Shown here: one piece after another, positions 35,957 through 44,150 of the stretch
Layout: each line of letters begins with the position of its first letter
Numbering within the stretch: the first letter of the stretch is position 1
From: Acidobacteria bacterium RIFCSPLOWO2_12_FULL_67_14b
GTDB lineage: Bacteria; Acidobacteriota; Vicinamibacteria; Vicinamibacterales; UBA2999
DNA length: 64,000 bases
NCBI GenBank assembly: GCA_001768615.1
Contig: MELE01000135.1
Coordinates: forward strand, 37,590 to 101,589
Direction: 5' to 3'
Notes under the pieces: generated by a model
Seen by the model: the letters and a program-made list of their open reading frames with translations, nothing else
Told to the model about the DNA's origin: nothing
Databases searched by the model: none
Made by a program: the position numbers and the translations under genes

Positions 35957-37281
35957 GGTGCGGCCGCCGTACGTTCCTGCAGGCGCTCGGCGCCACCGGC
36001 GCGCTCGCGGAACCCCTGCCGGGCTGCTTTGCCAACGCCACGGCGACCCGGCTTGGCCAGACGCAGGGCGTGACCGCCTGGCGGGAGCAGTTTCCGGCCT
36101 TGGCCCAGCTGGTGAACGGTCACCCGCTGGCATATCTCGACAGCGCCGCCACCACGCTGCGCCCGCGCGCGATGATCGACGAGCTGTCGCGCTTCGACGC
36201 GAGCGACAACGCCAACCCGTCCGCCACCCTGCACACGCTGGCGCGGCGTGCGGCGCAGCGTTACGCCGCCGCCCGGCAGCGCGTTGCTTCTTTCCTGAAC
36301 GCCGCCGACCCGGGCGAGATCGTGTTCACCAAGGGCACGACCGAAGGCATCAACCTTGTCGCCGCGGCGTGGGGGCCGGCGAACCTGCGCGCCGGCGACG
36401 AGATTGTGCTGACCATCGCCGAGCACTACTCGAACCTGCTGCCGTGGCGCGCGCTGGCCGATCGCGTGGGCGCCAGCATCCGGATCGTGGACATCGGCGA
36501 CGATGGGGTGCTGTCGCCGTCACGGGTGGCCGACGCCTGCTCCAGCCGCACGCGCCTGGTGGCCTTCAGCCATGTCTCGAACGTGCTCGGCATCGTCAAT
36601 CCTGCGGCGGAGATCTGCGCGGCGGCCCGCCGGCGCGGCGCCCTCTCGTTGATTGATGCCGCGCAGTCGGCGCCGCACCTCCGGCTCGACGTGCGGTCGC
36701 TCGGCTGTGACTTCCTGGCCTGCTCGGCCCACAAGCTGCTCGGGCCCATGGGCATCGGCGTGCTGTGGGGCCGTCGTGAACTGATCGAGGCCATGCCGCC
36801 GTATCAGTGGGGCAGCAACATGGCGCACGAGGTCGACGCCGCATCCGCGCAACTCGAGCACGGCGCGCTGAAGTATCAGGCCGGAACACCGAACGTGTCC
36901 GGTCCCGTCGGGCTGTCGGCGGCGATCGACCTGCTGGACCGGATTGGCGCCGATGCCCTCGCCAACCACGATCGCCTGCTCGTCGACCATGCCGCACGCC
37001 GGTTTGCCGGGATCAAGGGGTTGCGCGTCCTGGGCTCGCTGAAGCCGCCGGGCCTCCGCGTGCCGGTGTTCACCTTCACGCTCAACGACATCCCCATTCC
37101 CCGGATCGTCCAGGCCATGGACGTGCAGGGCATCGCCATTCGCGGCGGCGACATGGCCGCCCTGCCGCTTCTCAAGCGGTTCGGCGTGACCGCGGCCGCC
37201 CGCGCCTCGTGCTACCTCTACACCACGACCGACGAGATCGATCGGTTCGCCGACGTGTTGCGAGACCTGGCACGACCGTGA
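35953..37281 (+). CDS. SufS/CsdA-like class V PLP-dependent protein with Tat signal, lacking the catalytic cysteine
   Basis: MRCGRRTFLQALGATGALA twin-arginine signal. HPLAYLDSAATT, GTTEGINLV and PLP-Lys motif SAHKLLGPMGIGVLWG. The active-site loop reads RGGDMAA where SufS has RTGHHCA. The ATG overlaps the chrB-like stop (ATGA). Confidence 0.75.
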   Translation: MRCGRRTFLQALGATGALAEPLPGCFANATATRLGQTQGVTAWREQFPALAQLVNGHPLAYLDSAATTLRPRAMIDELSRFDASDNANPSATLHTLARRAAQRYAAARQRVASFLNAADPGEIVFTKGTTEGINLVAAAWGPANLRAGDEIVLTIAEHYSNLLPWRALADRVGASIRIVDIGDDGVLSPSRVADACSSRTRLVAFSHVSNVLGIVNPAAEICAAARRRGALSLIDAAQSAPHLRLDVRSLGCDFLACSAHKLLGPMGIGVLWGRRELIEAMPPYQWGSNMAHEVDAASAQLEHGALKYQAGTPNVSGPVGLSAAIDLLDRIGADALANHDRLLVDHAARRFAGIKGLRVLGSLKPPGLRVPVFTFTLNDIPIPRIVQAMDVQGIAIRGGDMAALPLLKRFGVTAAARASCYLYTTTDEIDRFADVLRDLARP

Positions 37282-37363
37282 GTCTTGTCGTCTTTGTCGC
37301 GCTGCGGTAGAGTCGCACCTTCGTCGGCAGCTGCGCGCCGTATCACTGGCAAAGGAGACCCTC

Positions 37364-37660
37364 ATGTATCTCGTTCGCGACATCATGTATTGCAAGCCCG
37401 GCAAGGCCCGTCCCATGGTTGAGAAGTTCCTCGCACTGTCGAAGCTCAGTCAGAAGATGGGCTTCGGCGCCCAGAAGGTGATGACCGACGTGAGCGCCGA
37501 ACGCTACTGGACCGTCGTGTCGGAGATGGAGGTGCCCAACCTCGAGGCGCACGCCGAGATGTCGCGCAAGGCCATGGAGATTCCTGAATTCCAGGAGGCC
37601 ATGAAGGGCTATCACGATCTGATCGACACCGGTCGCCGGGAGATCTACAAGATCGAATAG
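37364..37660 (+). CDS. Hypothetical small protein (98 aa)
   Basis: AAGGAG RBS 7 nt upstream of the ATG. Non-repetitive, balanced composition; possible alpha+beta barrel-like fold (inference). Confidence 0.55.
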   Translation: MYLVRDIMYCKPGKARPMVEKFLALSKLSQKMGFGAQKVMTDVSAERYWTVVSEMEVPNLEAHAEMSRKAMEIPEFQEAMKGYHDLIDTGRREIYKIE

Positions 37661-37700
37661 CGCCGGGCGTATCGTCGAACGGGGCAGCAGCATCTCAGCG

Positions 37701-38753
37701 ATGATGATGGTTCGCACCACGCTGGTTGCCGTAATCCTGCTATGCGCGGTTGCCGGTTTCTCGGCGCAATCCCCGGGAACGGTCGACACCTCGAAGCTGG
37801 GACCCCAGGTCGGCAAGGCCGTCCCTGCGTTCGGCGGCGTCGACCAGTTCGGCAAGGCCCACACGCTGGGCTCCATCTTCGGGCCGAAAGGCGCGATGCT
37901 GGTGTTCTTCCGCTCCGCCGACTGGTGACCGTACTGCAAAACGCAGCTCGTGGAGCTGCAACGCCGCTACGCTGACATCACGAAGCAGGGCCTCGGGCTG
38001 ATTGCGATCAGTTACGATGCGCCCGAAACGTTGAAACGATTCTCGGATTCGCGAGGAATCACGTTCCCGATGATCGCCGACGCCGGGTCCGCGATCATCA
38101 AGCAGTACGGCCTGCTCAACGAAACCGTCGATCCAAAGTCGCGGACCTACGGCATTCCGCATCCGGGGACCTTCATCGTCGACCGCAAGGGCGTCGTCGT
38201 GTCGCGGTTTTTCGAGGACGCATACCAGGAACGCTACACGGCCGCGACGATTCTGGGGACGCTCGGCGCCGGACTTGGCGGCGGCAGCGTGTCTGCCAGC
38301 ACGTCGCACGTGACGATCGCAGCCACCATCAGCGACACCGTGGCGGCGCCGGGCGAACGGCTGTCGATCACGATCGACGTCACGCCAAAGCGCGGCATGC
38401 ACCTGTATGCCCCCGGGAAGCACGACTATCAAGTCGTGAAGGTCGTGCTCGACGCCCAACCGTGGTTGCGCGCGCACGCGACCACGTACCCGCCGTCGGA
38501 GATCTACCACTTCAAGCCGCTTGACGAGCGGGTCGAGGTCTACATGAGGCCCTTCCGGTTGCGCAGCGATGTCACCCTGCTGGCGACGCCGGAGGCGCAG
38601 AAGCTGCTGGGCAGCCATTCATCCGTCACGATCACCGGCGCGCTGGAGTATCAGGCCTGCGACGACAAGGTCTGCTTCAACCCGGCGCGCCTCCCTCTCA
38701 GTTTCACCGTCTCCCTGAAGAGGCTGGATCGCCAGCCGCCCGGCGACCGCTGA
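37701..38753 (+). CDS. Candidate selenoprotein: secreted peroxiredoxin-like (PRX_like2/AhpC-TSA) redoxin with U-x-x-C motif, fused to a DsbD-N/DsbC-like domain
   Basis: Track ORFs 37701-37928 and 37950-38753 are in the same frame and separated only by TGA at 37926-37928. Read-through gives FFRSADW-U-PYCKTQLVEL, the family WCPYC motif. The C-terminal domain carries YQACDDKVCFNP. Signal peptide present. Confidence 0.6.
37943..37959 (+). promoter_or_regulatory. SECIS-like hairpin GCAGCUC-GUG-GAGCUGC 14 nt downstream of the in-frame UGA
   Basis: Perfect 7-bp stem with a G/U-containing apical loop. An outer CGUA/UACG pairing is possible at 37930-37933 and 37968-37971. Confidence 0.45.
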
Positions 38754-38795
38754 TCACCTGCTGCGGCAGACGCTGAGGCGTGGTGCGCCCGCCCG

Positions 38796-39941
38796 TCAGT
38801 CCGGGCGCGTGCGCACCATGGCTTCGACGGCAGCCCGCTCGAGCCGCACGTGGCGCCCGGCCTTGACCGGCTCGAGCTTGCCTTCGGCCACGAGCGCTTC
38901 GATACCCTCGAGGGTCGTGCCGAGGTGGCCCGTGGCTTCCTCGATCGACATCAGCCGGGGCATCAGGACGACGTTCTCGACGCGGTTGCGGCCGCCGCCC
39001 TTCGCCCGTTCCAGCGCGGCCTCGACTTCCGCCGACAACCGCTCGTGATCGATCGGCTCGCCCTCGAGAGCGCGGGCGCTCGTCACCGCGATGCTGACCG
39101 TCACCTCGGCCCGCTGGTCCGTCCGGTAGTCCCGGAACGTCAGCCGGTCCTCCACCATCACCCGCGTGCGATCGGCGAGCGAGAGGGCATCGGCCGGCGT
39201 CGTTTCCGGCAGCAGCACCGCGATCGTGTCTTCCGCGTAGCGCACGACCCAGTCGTGCTGGCGGAAGTAGGCGCGCAGCAGGATGCCCATGCGCTCCAGG
39301 ATGCGATCCCCGACGCCGTAGCCGTGGGCGCGGTTGATCCCCGAGAGGTTGTCAACGTCGATCAGCATCAGCGACACCCAGTGCTCGAAGCGCTCGGCGC
39401 GCTGGCATTCCTTGGGCAGGACCGCGTCGAGCACGGGCCGCGTGTGCAGCGTCGTGAGCGCATCCTCGATTGACGAACGCTGCGGCATGTACACGGAGCG
39501 CGTGGTCCAGGCGGCGAGCAGGTCGAAGGCCGCGCGGCGCACGATCTGGGCCGCCTGCGGCCAGGGCTCGGTGGTGGCGCCCACCCGCGGATCGAGCGAC
39601 AGCTCGTCGATGCCCGTGCTCATCGCGATGTGGACGAACATGAACAGCTGGTCGGGCGACAGCTCGCGCTCGGCGACGATCGCCGACAGCTCGCTGATGC
39701 CGGGGCCCCGCGAGTCGAGGTGCCCTTCCAGGATTGCGTCGGCCAGCAGCCGCACGCAGAGCTTGCCCAGCTTGACGCAATAGTCGGCGTCCAGCCGCCG
39801 CGACCCGACGCTCAACGGGAACGTGGCCACCGTGTCGGCGACAACAACGTCAGCCCGATCGACAAGATGGTGCGCGACGTGCCGCCGAAGGTCGACGTCG
39901 AGTCCCTGTTCCTGTTGAGGCGATTTCGGTTCTGCGTCCAA
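38796..39941 (-). CDS. Degenerate GGDEF domain protein with retained I-site and C-terminal excisionase/MerR-type HTH
   Basis: GGDEF fold (LMLIDVDNLSGINRAHGYGVGDRIL). The A-site reads AEDTI instead of GGDEF (within 39225-39242). RQHD (RxxD) lies exactly 5 aa upstream (39252-39263). C-terminus LMSIEEATGHLGTTLEGIEALVAEGKLEPVKAGRHVRL is an HTH. Confidence 0.75.
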   Translation of the reverse strand: MDAEPKSPQQEQGLDVDLRRHVAHHLVDRADVVVADTVATFPLSVGSRRLDADYCVKLGKLCVRLLADAILEGHLDSRGPGISELSAIVAERELSPDQLFMFVHIAMSTGIDELSLDPRVGATTEPWPQAAQIVRRAAFDLLAAWTTRSVYMPQRSSIEDALTTLHTRPVLDAVLPKECQRAERFEHWVSLMLIDVDNLSGINRAHGYGVGDRILERMGILLRAYFRQHDWVVRYAEDTIAVLLPETTPADALSLADRTRVMVEDRLTFRDYRTDQRAEVTVSIAVTSARALEGEPIDHERLSAEVEAALERAKGGGRNRVENVVLMPRLMSIEEATGHLGTTLEGIEALVAEGKLEPVKAGRHVRLERAAVEAMVRTRPD

Positions 39942-40164
39942 GGGCCGGTTCCTGATGACACGTCTATCTTAGATCGCCCTAAGGCGGCAACCTCTCTTGA
40001 CCGAAAGACTTAGGGGGATTTGCAGCGCCGGGATCCGTGTGCGCACCGCTGCACGAATTCGCGCCGTGGATCAGGTTGATTTGGGGATTTGACCGTCCCT
40101 ATCATGGCCGTCTGCCCACGAATCTGTTAGCGTCCGAGCGGTAGTCCGAGGCAATTGGGTATCG

Positions 40165-42165
40165 ATGCGCAAAAAGCTGGGTGAGTGCCTGATTCAGGCC
40201 GGGCTGATCACCGAAGACGATCTGCAAACGGCGCTATCGGAGCATAAACGCACAGGCGAACGCCTGGGTGCGGTACTCGTCCGCCTCAACCTCGCCACCG
40301 AGCGCCAGATCGCAAAGGCGCTCGCCTACCAGCTCGGATTTCCGTACCTCAATCTCGCCGAGAACCCGCCCGACCTGGGCGTGGTCATCCTGATTGCCAA
40401 GGACGTCGCCCTCAAACGCTCGTGCGTCGCCATTCGGCTGGACAAGAACCTGCTGACGGTGGCCATGGCCGACCCGCTGCTCTTCAGCCTCGTGCAGGAC
40501 CTCGAGTTCCAGACGGGCTACCGGATCAAGCAGGTCGTGGCCACGCGCGCCGACATTCTCGAGGCGATCGCGTGCGGCTACCCCGACAAGGCGCTGATGC
40601 GCACGTCCGGCGGCTCGGCCCAGATGCCGGCGATGCGGCCGGCGGCGCGCGAGGCGCAGCCCGGCGGCGAGGCCGCGCTGATCCGGCGGCCCGACGAAGA
40701 CGGCTACGAGCCGATCGCGGGCCTCAAGGAACGCAGCGAGGCCGCGCCGATCATCGACCTGGTCGACCTCGTGGTGAAGAGCGCCATCAAGGCCGCCGCC
40801 AGCGACGTGCACGTCGAGCCCATGGAAAAGGGCGTGCTCATCCGGCACCGCCTCGACGGCCTGCTCAAGGAGGTCATGGACCTGCCCAAGTGGGTCCACG
40901 AAGGCCTGATCGCGCGCCTGAAGATCATGGCGGGCATGGACATCGCCGAGAAGCGGCTGCCGCAGGATGGCCGCGTGCGCGTGACGACCGACGAAGGGCG
41001 CGAGGTGGACTTCCGCGCCTCGACGCTGCGGACGCTGCACGGCGAGAAGATGGTGCTCCGCGTGCTCGATCAGAACCGCGGCGTGCCCCCGCTCGAGGAG
41101 CTGGGCTTCTCGGCCGCGGCGCTGAACGACCTGCGCAGCTTCCTCCGCTTCCAGCACGGGATGATCCTGGTGGTCGGTCCCACCGGCAGCGGCAAGACCA
41201 CCACGCTGTGCTCGTCGCTGATGTCGGTGCAGTCCGAGCGCACCAACGTCATCACCATCGAAGACCCGATCGAATACCAGCTGCCGGGCATCAACCAGAC
41301 GCAGGTCAACGAGAAGATCAAGCTCACCTTCGCCAGCGCGCTGCGCTCGATCCTCCGCCAGGACCCCGATGTGATTCTCGTCGGCGAGGTCCGCGACAGC
41401 GAGACCGCGCGCATCGCGATGCAGGCGGCGCAGACCGGGCACCTCGTGCTCACCACCCTCCACACCGACGATGCGCCGTCGGCGATTACGCGCCTGACCG
41501 ACATCGGCGTCGAGCCGTACGTGATCGCGTCGGCCACCATCGGCGTCGTCGCGCAGCGCCTCGTCCGGCGGCTGTGCCCGACGTGCCGCCGGCAGTACAC
41601 GCCGCCGCCCGACACGCTGCGCGCCCTCAACATCACCGAGGCCGAGGCCGCGAACATCCCGTTCTATCGCCCCGTCGGCTGCGATGCCTGCCACCAGACC
41701 GGCTACCGCGGGCGCATGGGCATCTACGAGGTGATGAAGATCAGCGACCGCATCCGGCGCATGATCGCGCAGCGCGCGTCGGAGGATGCCGTCCGCGAGG
41801 TCGCGCAGGCCACCGGCATGCTGTCGCTCGGCGACGACGCGCTGGCCAAGGTGAAGGCCGGCGTCACCACCGCCGAGGAGCTGTTGCGTGTGGTCACGGA
41901 AGTGCGCGAAATGCGCAGCGTGTGCCCCGCGTGCCAGGGCCCAGTGGCGTTGGACTTCGTCGCGTGTCCCGCCTGCGGACGCCGGCTGAGCGGCGCGTGC
42001 CCGGGCTGCGGCCGAAGCCTGCAGCAGGGGTGGACGTTCTGCCCCTACTGCGCGCGCGGCACCGAGCCGCGCAGCGAGCGGCGGCTGCGCGAGCGCAAGG
42101 TCGCGCGCGAGCTGCCCGCCGCGAACATCACCAACGTCACCGAGTTCAAGAAGGGAATGACCTGA
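40165..42165 (+). CDS. GspE/PilB-family secretion ATPase with MshEN-type N-terminal domain and C-terminal double zinc ribbon
   Basis: N-terminus KLGECLIQAGLITEDDLQTALSEH and RLGAVLVRLNLATERQIAKALAYQ fit the MshEN repeat pattern. Walker A GPTGSGKTT and the tetracysteine CPTC...CDAC. Extra C-terminal CPACQG..CPACG...CPGCG...CPYC at 41921-42051. Confidence 0.85.
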   Translation: MRKKLGECLIQAGLITEDDLQTALSEHKRTGERLGAVLVRLNLATERQIAKALAYQLGFPYLNLAENPPDLGVVILIAKDVALKRSCVAIRLDKNLLTVAMADPLLFSLVQDLEFQTGYRIKQVVATRADILEAIACGYPDKALMRTSGGSAQMPAMRPAAREAQPGGEAALIRRPDEDGYEPIAGLKERSEAAPIIDLVDLVVKSAIKAAASDVHVEPMEKGVLIRHRLDGLLKEVMDLPKWVHEGLIARLKIMAGMDIAEKRLPQDGRVRVTTDEGREVDFRASTLRTLHGEKMVLRVLDQNRGVPPLEELGFSAAALNDLRSFLRFQHGMILVVGPTGSGKTTTLCSSLMSVQSERTNVITIEDPIEYQLPGINQTQVNEKIKLTFASALRSILRQDPDVILVGEVRDSETARIAMQAAQTGHLVLTTLHTDDAPSAITRLTDIGVEPYVIASATIGVVAQRLVRRLCPTCRRQYTPPPDTLRALNITEAEAANIPFYRPVGCDACHQTGYRGRMGIYEVMKISDRIRRMIAQRASEDAVREVAQATGMLSLGDDALAKVKAGVTTAEELLRVVTEVREMRSVCPACQGPVALDFVACPACGRRLSGACPGCGRSLQQGWTFCPYCARGTEPRSERRLRERKVARELPAANITNVTEFKKGMT

Positions 42166-42169
42166 GTCG

Positions 42170-42226
42170 GAGTGCAGCGTTCGCAGTAAGGCAGTAAGAT
42201 CGACCAATGGTCGCCACGCTGCACTC
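42170..42226. repeat. Perfect 11-bp inverted repeat (GAGTGCAGCGT ... ACGCTGCACTC) enclosing a tandem GCAGTAAG x2
   Basis: Arms at 42170-42180 and 42216-42226. The loop contains GCAGTAAGGCAGTAAG. Lies between the ATPase stop and the J-protein start. Confidence 0.8.
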
Positions 42227-42249
42227 GTAACTCCCGATCCGGTCCCCCG

Positions 42250-43074
42250 TTGAAAACCCATTACGAGCTGTTGGGCATCGACCGAAGCGCCGACGCCAAC
42301 ACCATCAAAACCGCGTTTCGGAAAGAAATCGCCCGGTATCACCCGGACAAGGTCATCCACCTCGGCCCCGAATTCCAGGAGATGGCCGCCACACGTGCCG
42401 CCGAGTTGACGGTGGCCTACAAGACGCTCACCGACGAGGCCTTGCGCCAGGTGTACGACGCCAAGCTCGCCGAGGGCCCGCCGCCGCCGATTGCCGAGGC
42501 TCCCAAGGCCGCGCCGGAGCCGAGCGCGCCGGCTCCGCCGGCCCAAGACACTCCGGCGGCCGAACCGCCGCCACCCCCGCCTGGCATGGGCCGGGCACGG
42601 TTCGAGCACGAACGCGCGGGCCGCGACGTCATCCTCAACCGTGCCATGAGCGGCCGGGTAAGAGCCGTCGTCGAAGCGCTCTACGGTCCGCTGAAGACGC
42701 CGGCGGTCAGGGGATTCGACGTGGCCTTCGTGCCGGCGGCCAAGCCGCGGCTGCTCGGGACGGCGTTGCCGCGCGTGCTCGTGAAGGTGCTGGACACCAT
42801 CGATGCCGCGGCGGTGAACGACGGTTGGTCCGGCGCCTCGCGCGCGCGCATCCATTCGGGAAAGAGCCCGGTCGTAGTGTTGCTGTTGTGCAGGCACATG
42901 GCCGCGCCGGCAGAACTGCACCGCGCGTTCCAGTCGCTCGAGCGCCAGCGAAAGCCGGCTGACGGCCCGCACGAAATCGCGGTCGTGGTCATCGACACCA
43001 ACGACTGGACCTGCCACCTGCCGCCGGACGTATCCGATGTCGTCCGCACGCTCGGGCATGCGCTCTGCAAGTGA
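42250..43074 (+). CDS. J-domain (DnaJ-like) protein with Pro-rich linker and uncharacterised C-terminal domain
   Basis: HYELLGIDRSADANTIKTAFRKEIARYHPDK, with the HPD motif. TTG start (no in-frame ATG nearby). Confidence 0.7.
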   Translation: MKTHYELLGIDRSADANTIKTAFRKEIARYHPDKVIHLGPEFQEMAATRAAELTVAYKTLTDEALRQVYDAKLAEGPPPPIAEAPKAAPEPSAPAPPAQDTPAAEPPPPPPGMGRARFEHERAGRDVILNRAMSGRVRAVVEALYGPLKTPAVRGFDVAFVPAAKPRLLGTALPRVLVKVLDTIDAAAVNDGWSGASRARIHSGKSPVVVLLLCRHMAAPAELHRAFQSLERQRKPADGPHEIAVVVIDTNDWTCHLPPDVSDVVRTLGHALCK

Positions 43075-43138
43075 ATCAACCCGGGCTCCGGGAACCGCCA
43101 TGCGCGGGGACCCGTAGATCCCTTGATAGACTGACCTT

Positions 43139-43843
43139 ATGGCCCTGATAGAAACCCGGGACTTGTGGAAAACCTACGTGATGGGCGACGAAGAGATCCA
43201 CGCCCTGCGCGGCGTGTCGATCGAGATCGAACGCGGCGAGTACGTCGCGATCATGGGACCGTCAGGGTCGGGCAAGTCGACGTTGATGAACCTCATCGGC
43301 TGCCTGGACACCCCCAGCAAGGGCACCTACCTCCTGAACGGCAAGGAGGTCAGCCTGATGAACGACAACGAGCTGGCGCGCATCCGCAACGAGGAAATCG
43401 GCTTCGTGTTCCAGACCTTCAACCTGCTGCCCAGGGCCAACGCGCTGCACAACGTCGAGCTGCCGCTGGTCTACGCGGGCATGTCCAAGACCAAGCGCCT
43501 CGAGCAGGCGAAGGCGGCGATGGAGAAGGTCGAGCTCACGCACCGCATGAACCACAAGCCCAACGAGCTGTCGGGCGGCCAGCGCCAGCGCGTCGCGATC
43601 GCGCGCGCGCTCGTCAACAACCCGTCGATCCTGCTGGCCGACGAACCGACGGGCAACCTCGACTCGAAGACGGGCGTCGAGATCATGGCGCTGTTCGCGC
43701 GCCTCCATCAGGGCGGTAACACCATCATCGTCGTTACCCACGAAGCCGACATCGCCTGCCACGCGCATCGCGTGATCGCCATTCGCGACGGGCAGGTCGA
43801 AAAAGACGTGAAGCAGACGCCGCACGTGCCGGTCCACGCCTGA
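43139..43843 (+). CDS. ABC transporter ATP-binding protein (MacB/LolD-type), no adjacent permease
   Basis: Walker [11 protein letters not shown]-loop, signature [15 protein letters not shown], Walker [13 protein letters not shown] and H-loop VTHE. Confidence 0.85.
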   Translation: MALIETRDLWKTYVMGDEEIHALRGVSIEIERGEYVAIMGPSGSGKSTLMNLIGCLDTPSKGTYLLNGKEVSLMNDNELARIRNEEIGFVFQTFNLLPRANALHNVELPLVYAGMSKTKRLEQAKAAMEKVELTHRMNHKPNELSGGQRQRVAIARALVNNPSILLADEPTGNLDSKTGVEIMALFARLHQGGNTIIVVTHEADIACHAHRVIAIRDGQVEKDVKQTPHVPVHA

Positions 43844-43869
43844 TCACAATCAACAAGAGATCAGAAGAT

Positions 43870-43890
43870 CAGGAGAATAGTTTTCTCCTG
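43870..43890. terminator. Hairpin CAGGAGAA-TAGTT-TTCTCCTG in an AT-rich convergent spacer
   Basis: Perfect 8-bp stem with a 5-nt loop. Surrounded by GATCA-type short repeats. No clear U-tract. Confidence 0.3.
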
Positions 43891-43913
43891 CTCTCTTGAC
43901 CTCCTTGATCAAT

Positions 43914-44084
43914 TCATCTCGTGATCTCTGGTGGCGGCGGGACGATCTTGCCGTTGACCTTCACGACCCGGCGAAACCCCAGCCAGCCGGCGTCGCCCGG
44001 CAGCGAGACGAACGCGACCTCGGAGTGGATGCGGCGGTTGGTTGCCCCCGTGACCTGACGTTGCCGCGACGTGCGCTGCGTCAT
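43914..44084 (-). CDS. Possible small ORF or gene remnant (56 aa)
   Basis: Below the track length cutoff. ATG at 44084, TGA at 43914-43916. GC3-rich codons; translation MTQRTSRQRQVTGATNRRIHSEVAFVSLPGDAGWLGFRRVVKVNGKIVPPPPEITR. No RBS seen. Confidence 0.2.
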   Translation of the reverse strand: MTQRTSRQRQVTGATNRRIHSEVAFVSLPGDAGWLGFRRVVKVNGKIVPPPPEITR

Positions 44085-44150
44085 CTCTTCGTCGGCGACG
44101 AGCGCGCTCAGTCGCGATAGCCTTCATGGGTGGGGGAGTCGCATCGCGTT

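Noticed and set aside
37926-37928. Reading the TGA as an ordinary stop, giving two separate genes or a pseudogene.
   Set aside because: Not fully excluded, since TGC to TGA is a single mutation. It is disfavoured because the stop falls exactly on the redox Cys of a conserved motif, the downstream piece lacks its own signal peptide and RBS, and a SECIS-like hairpin follows at the expected distance.
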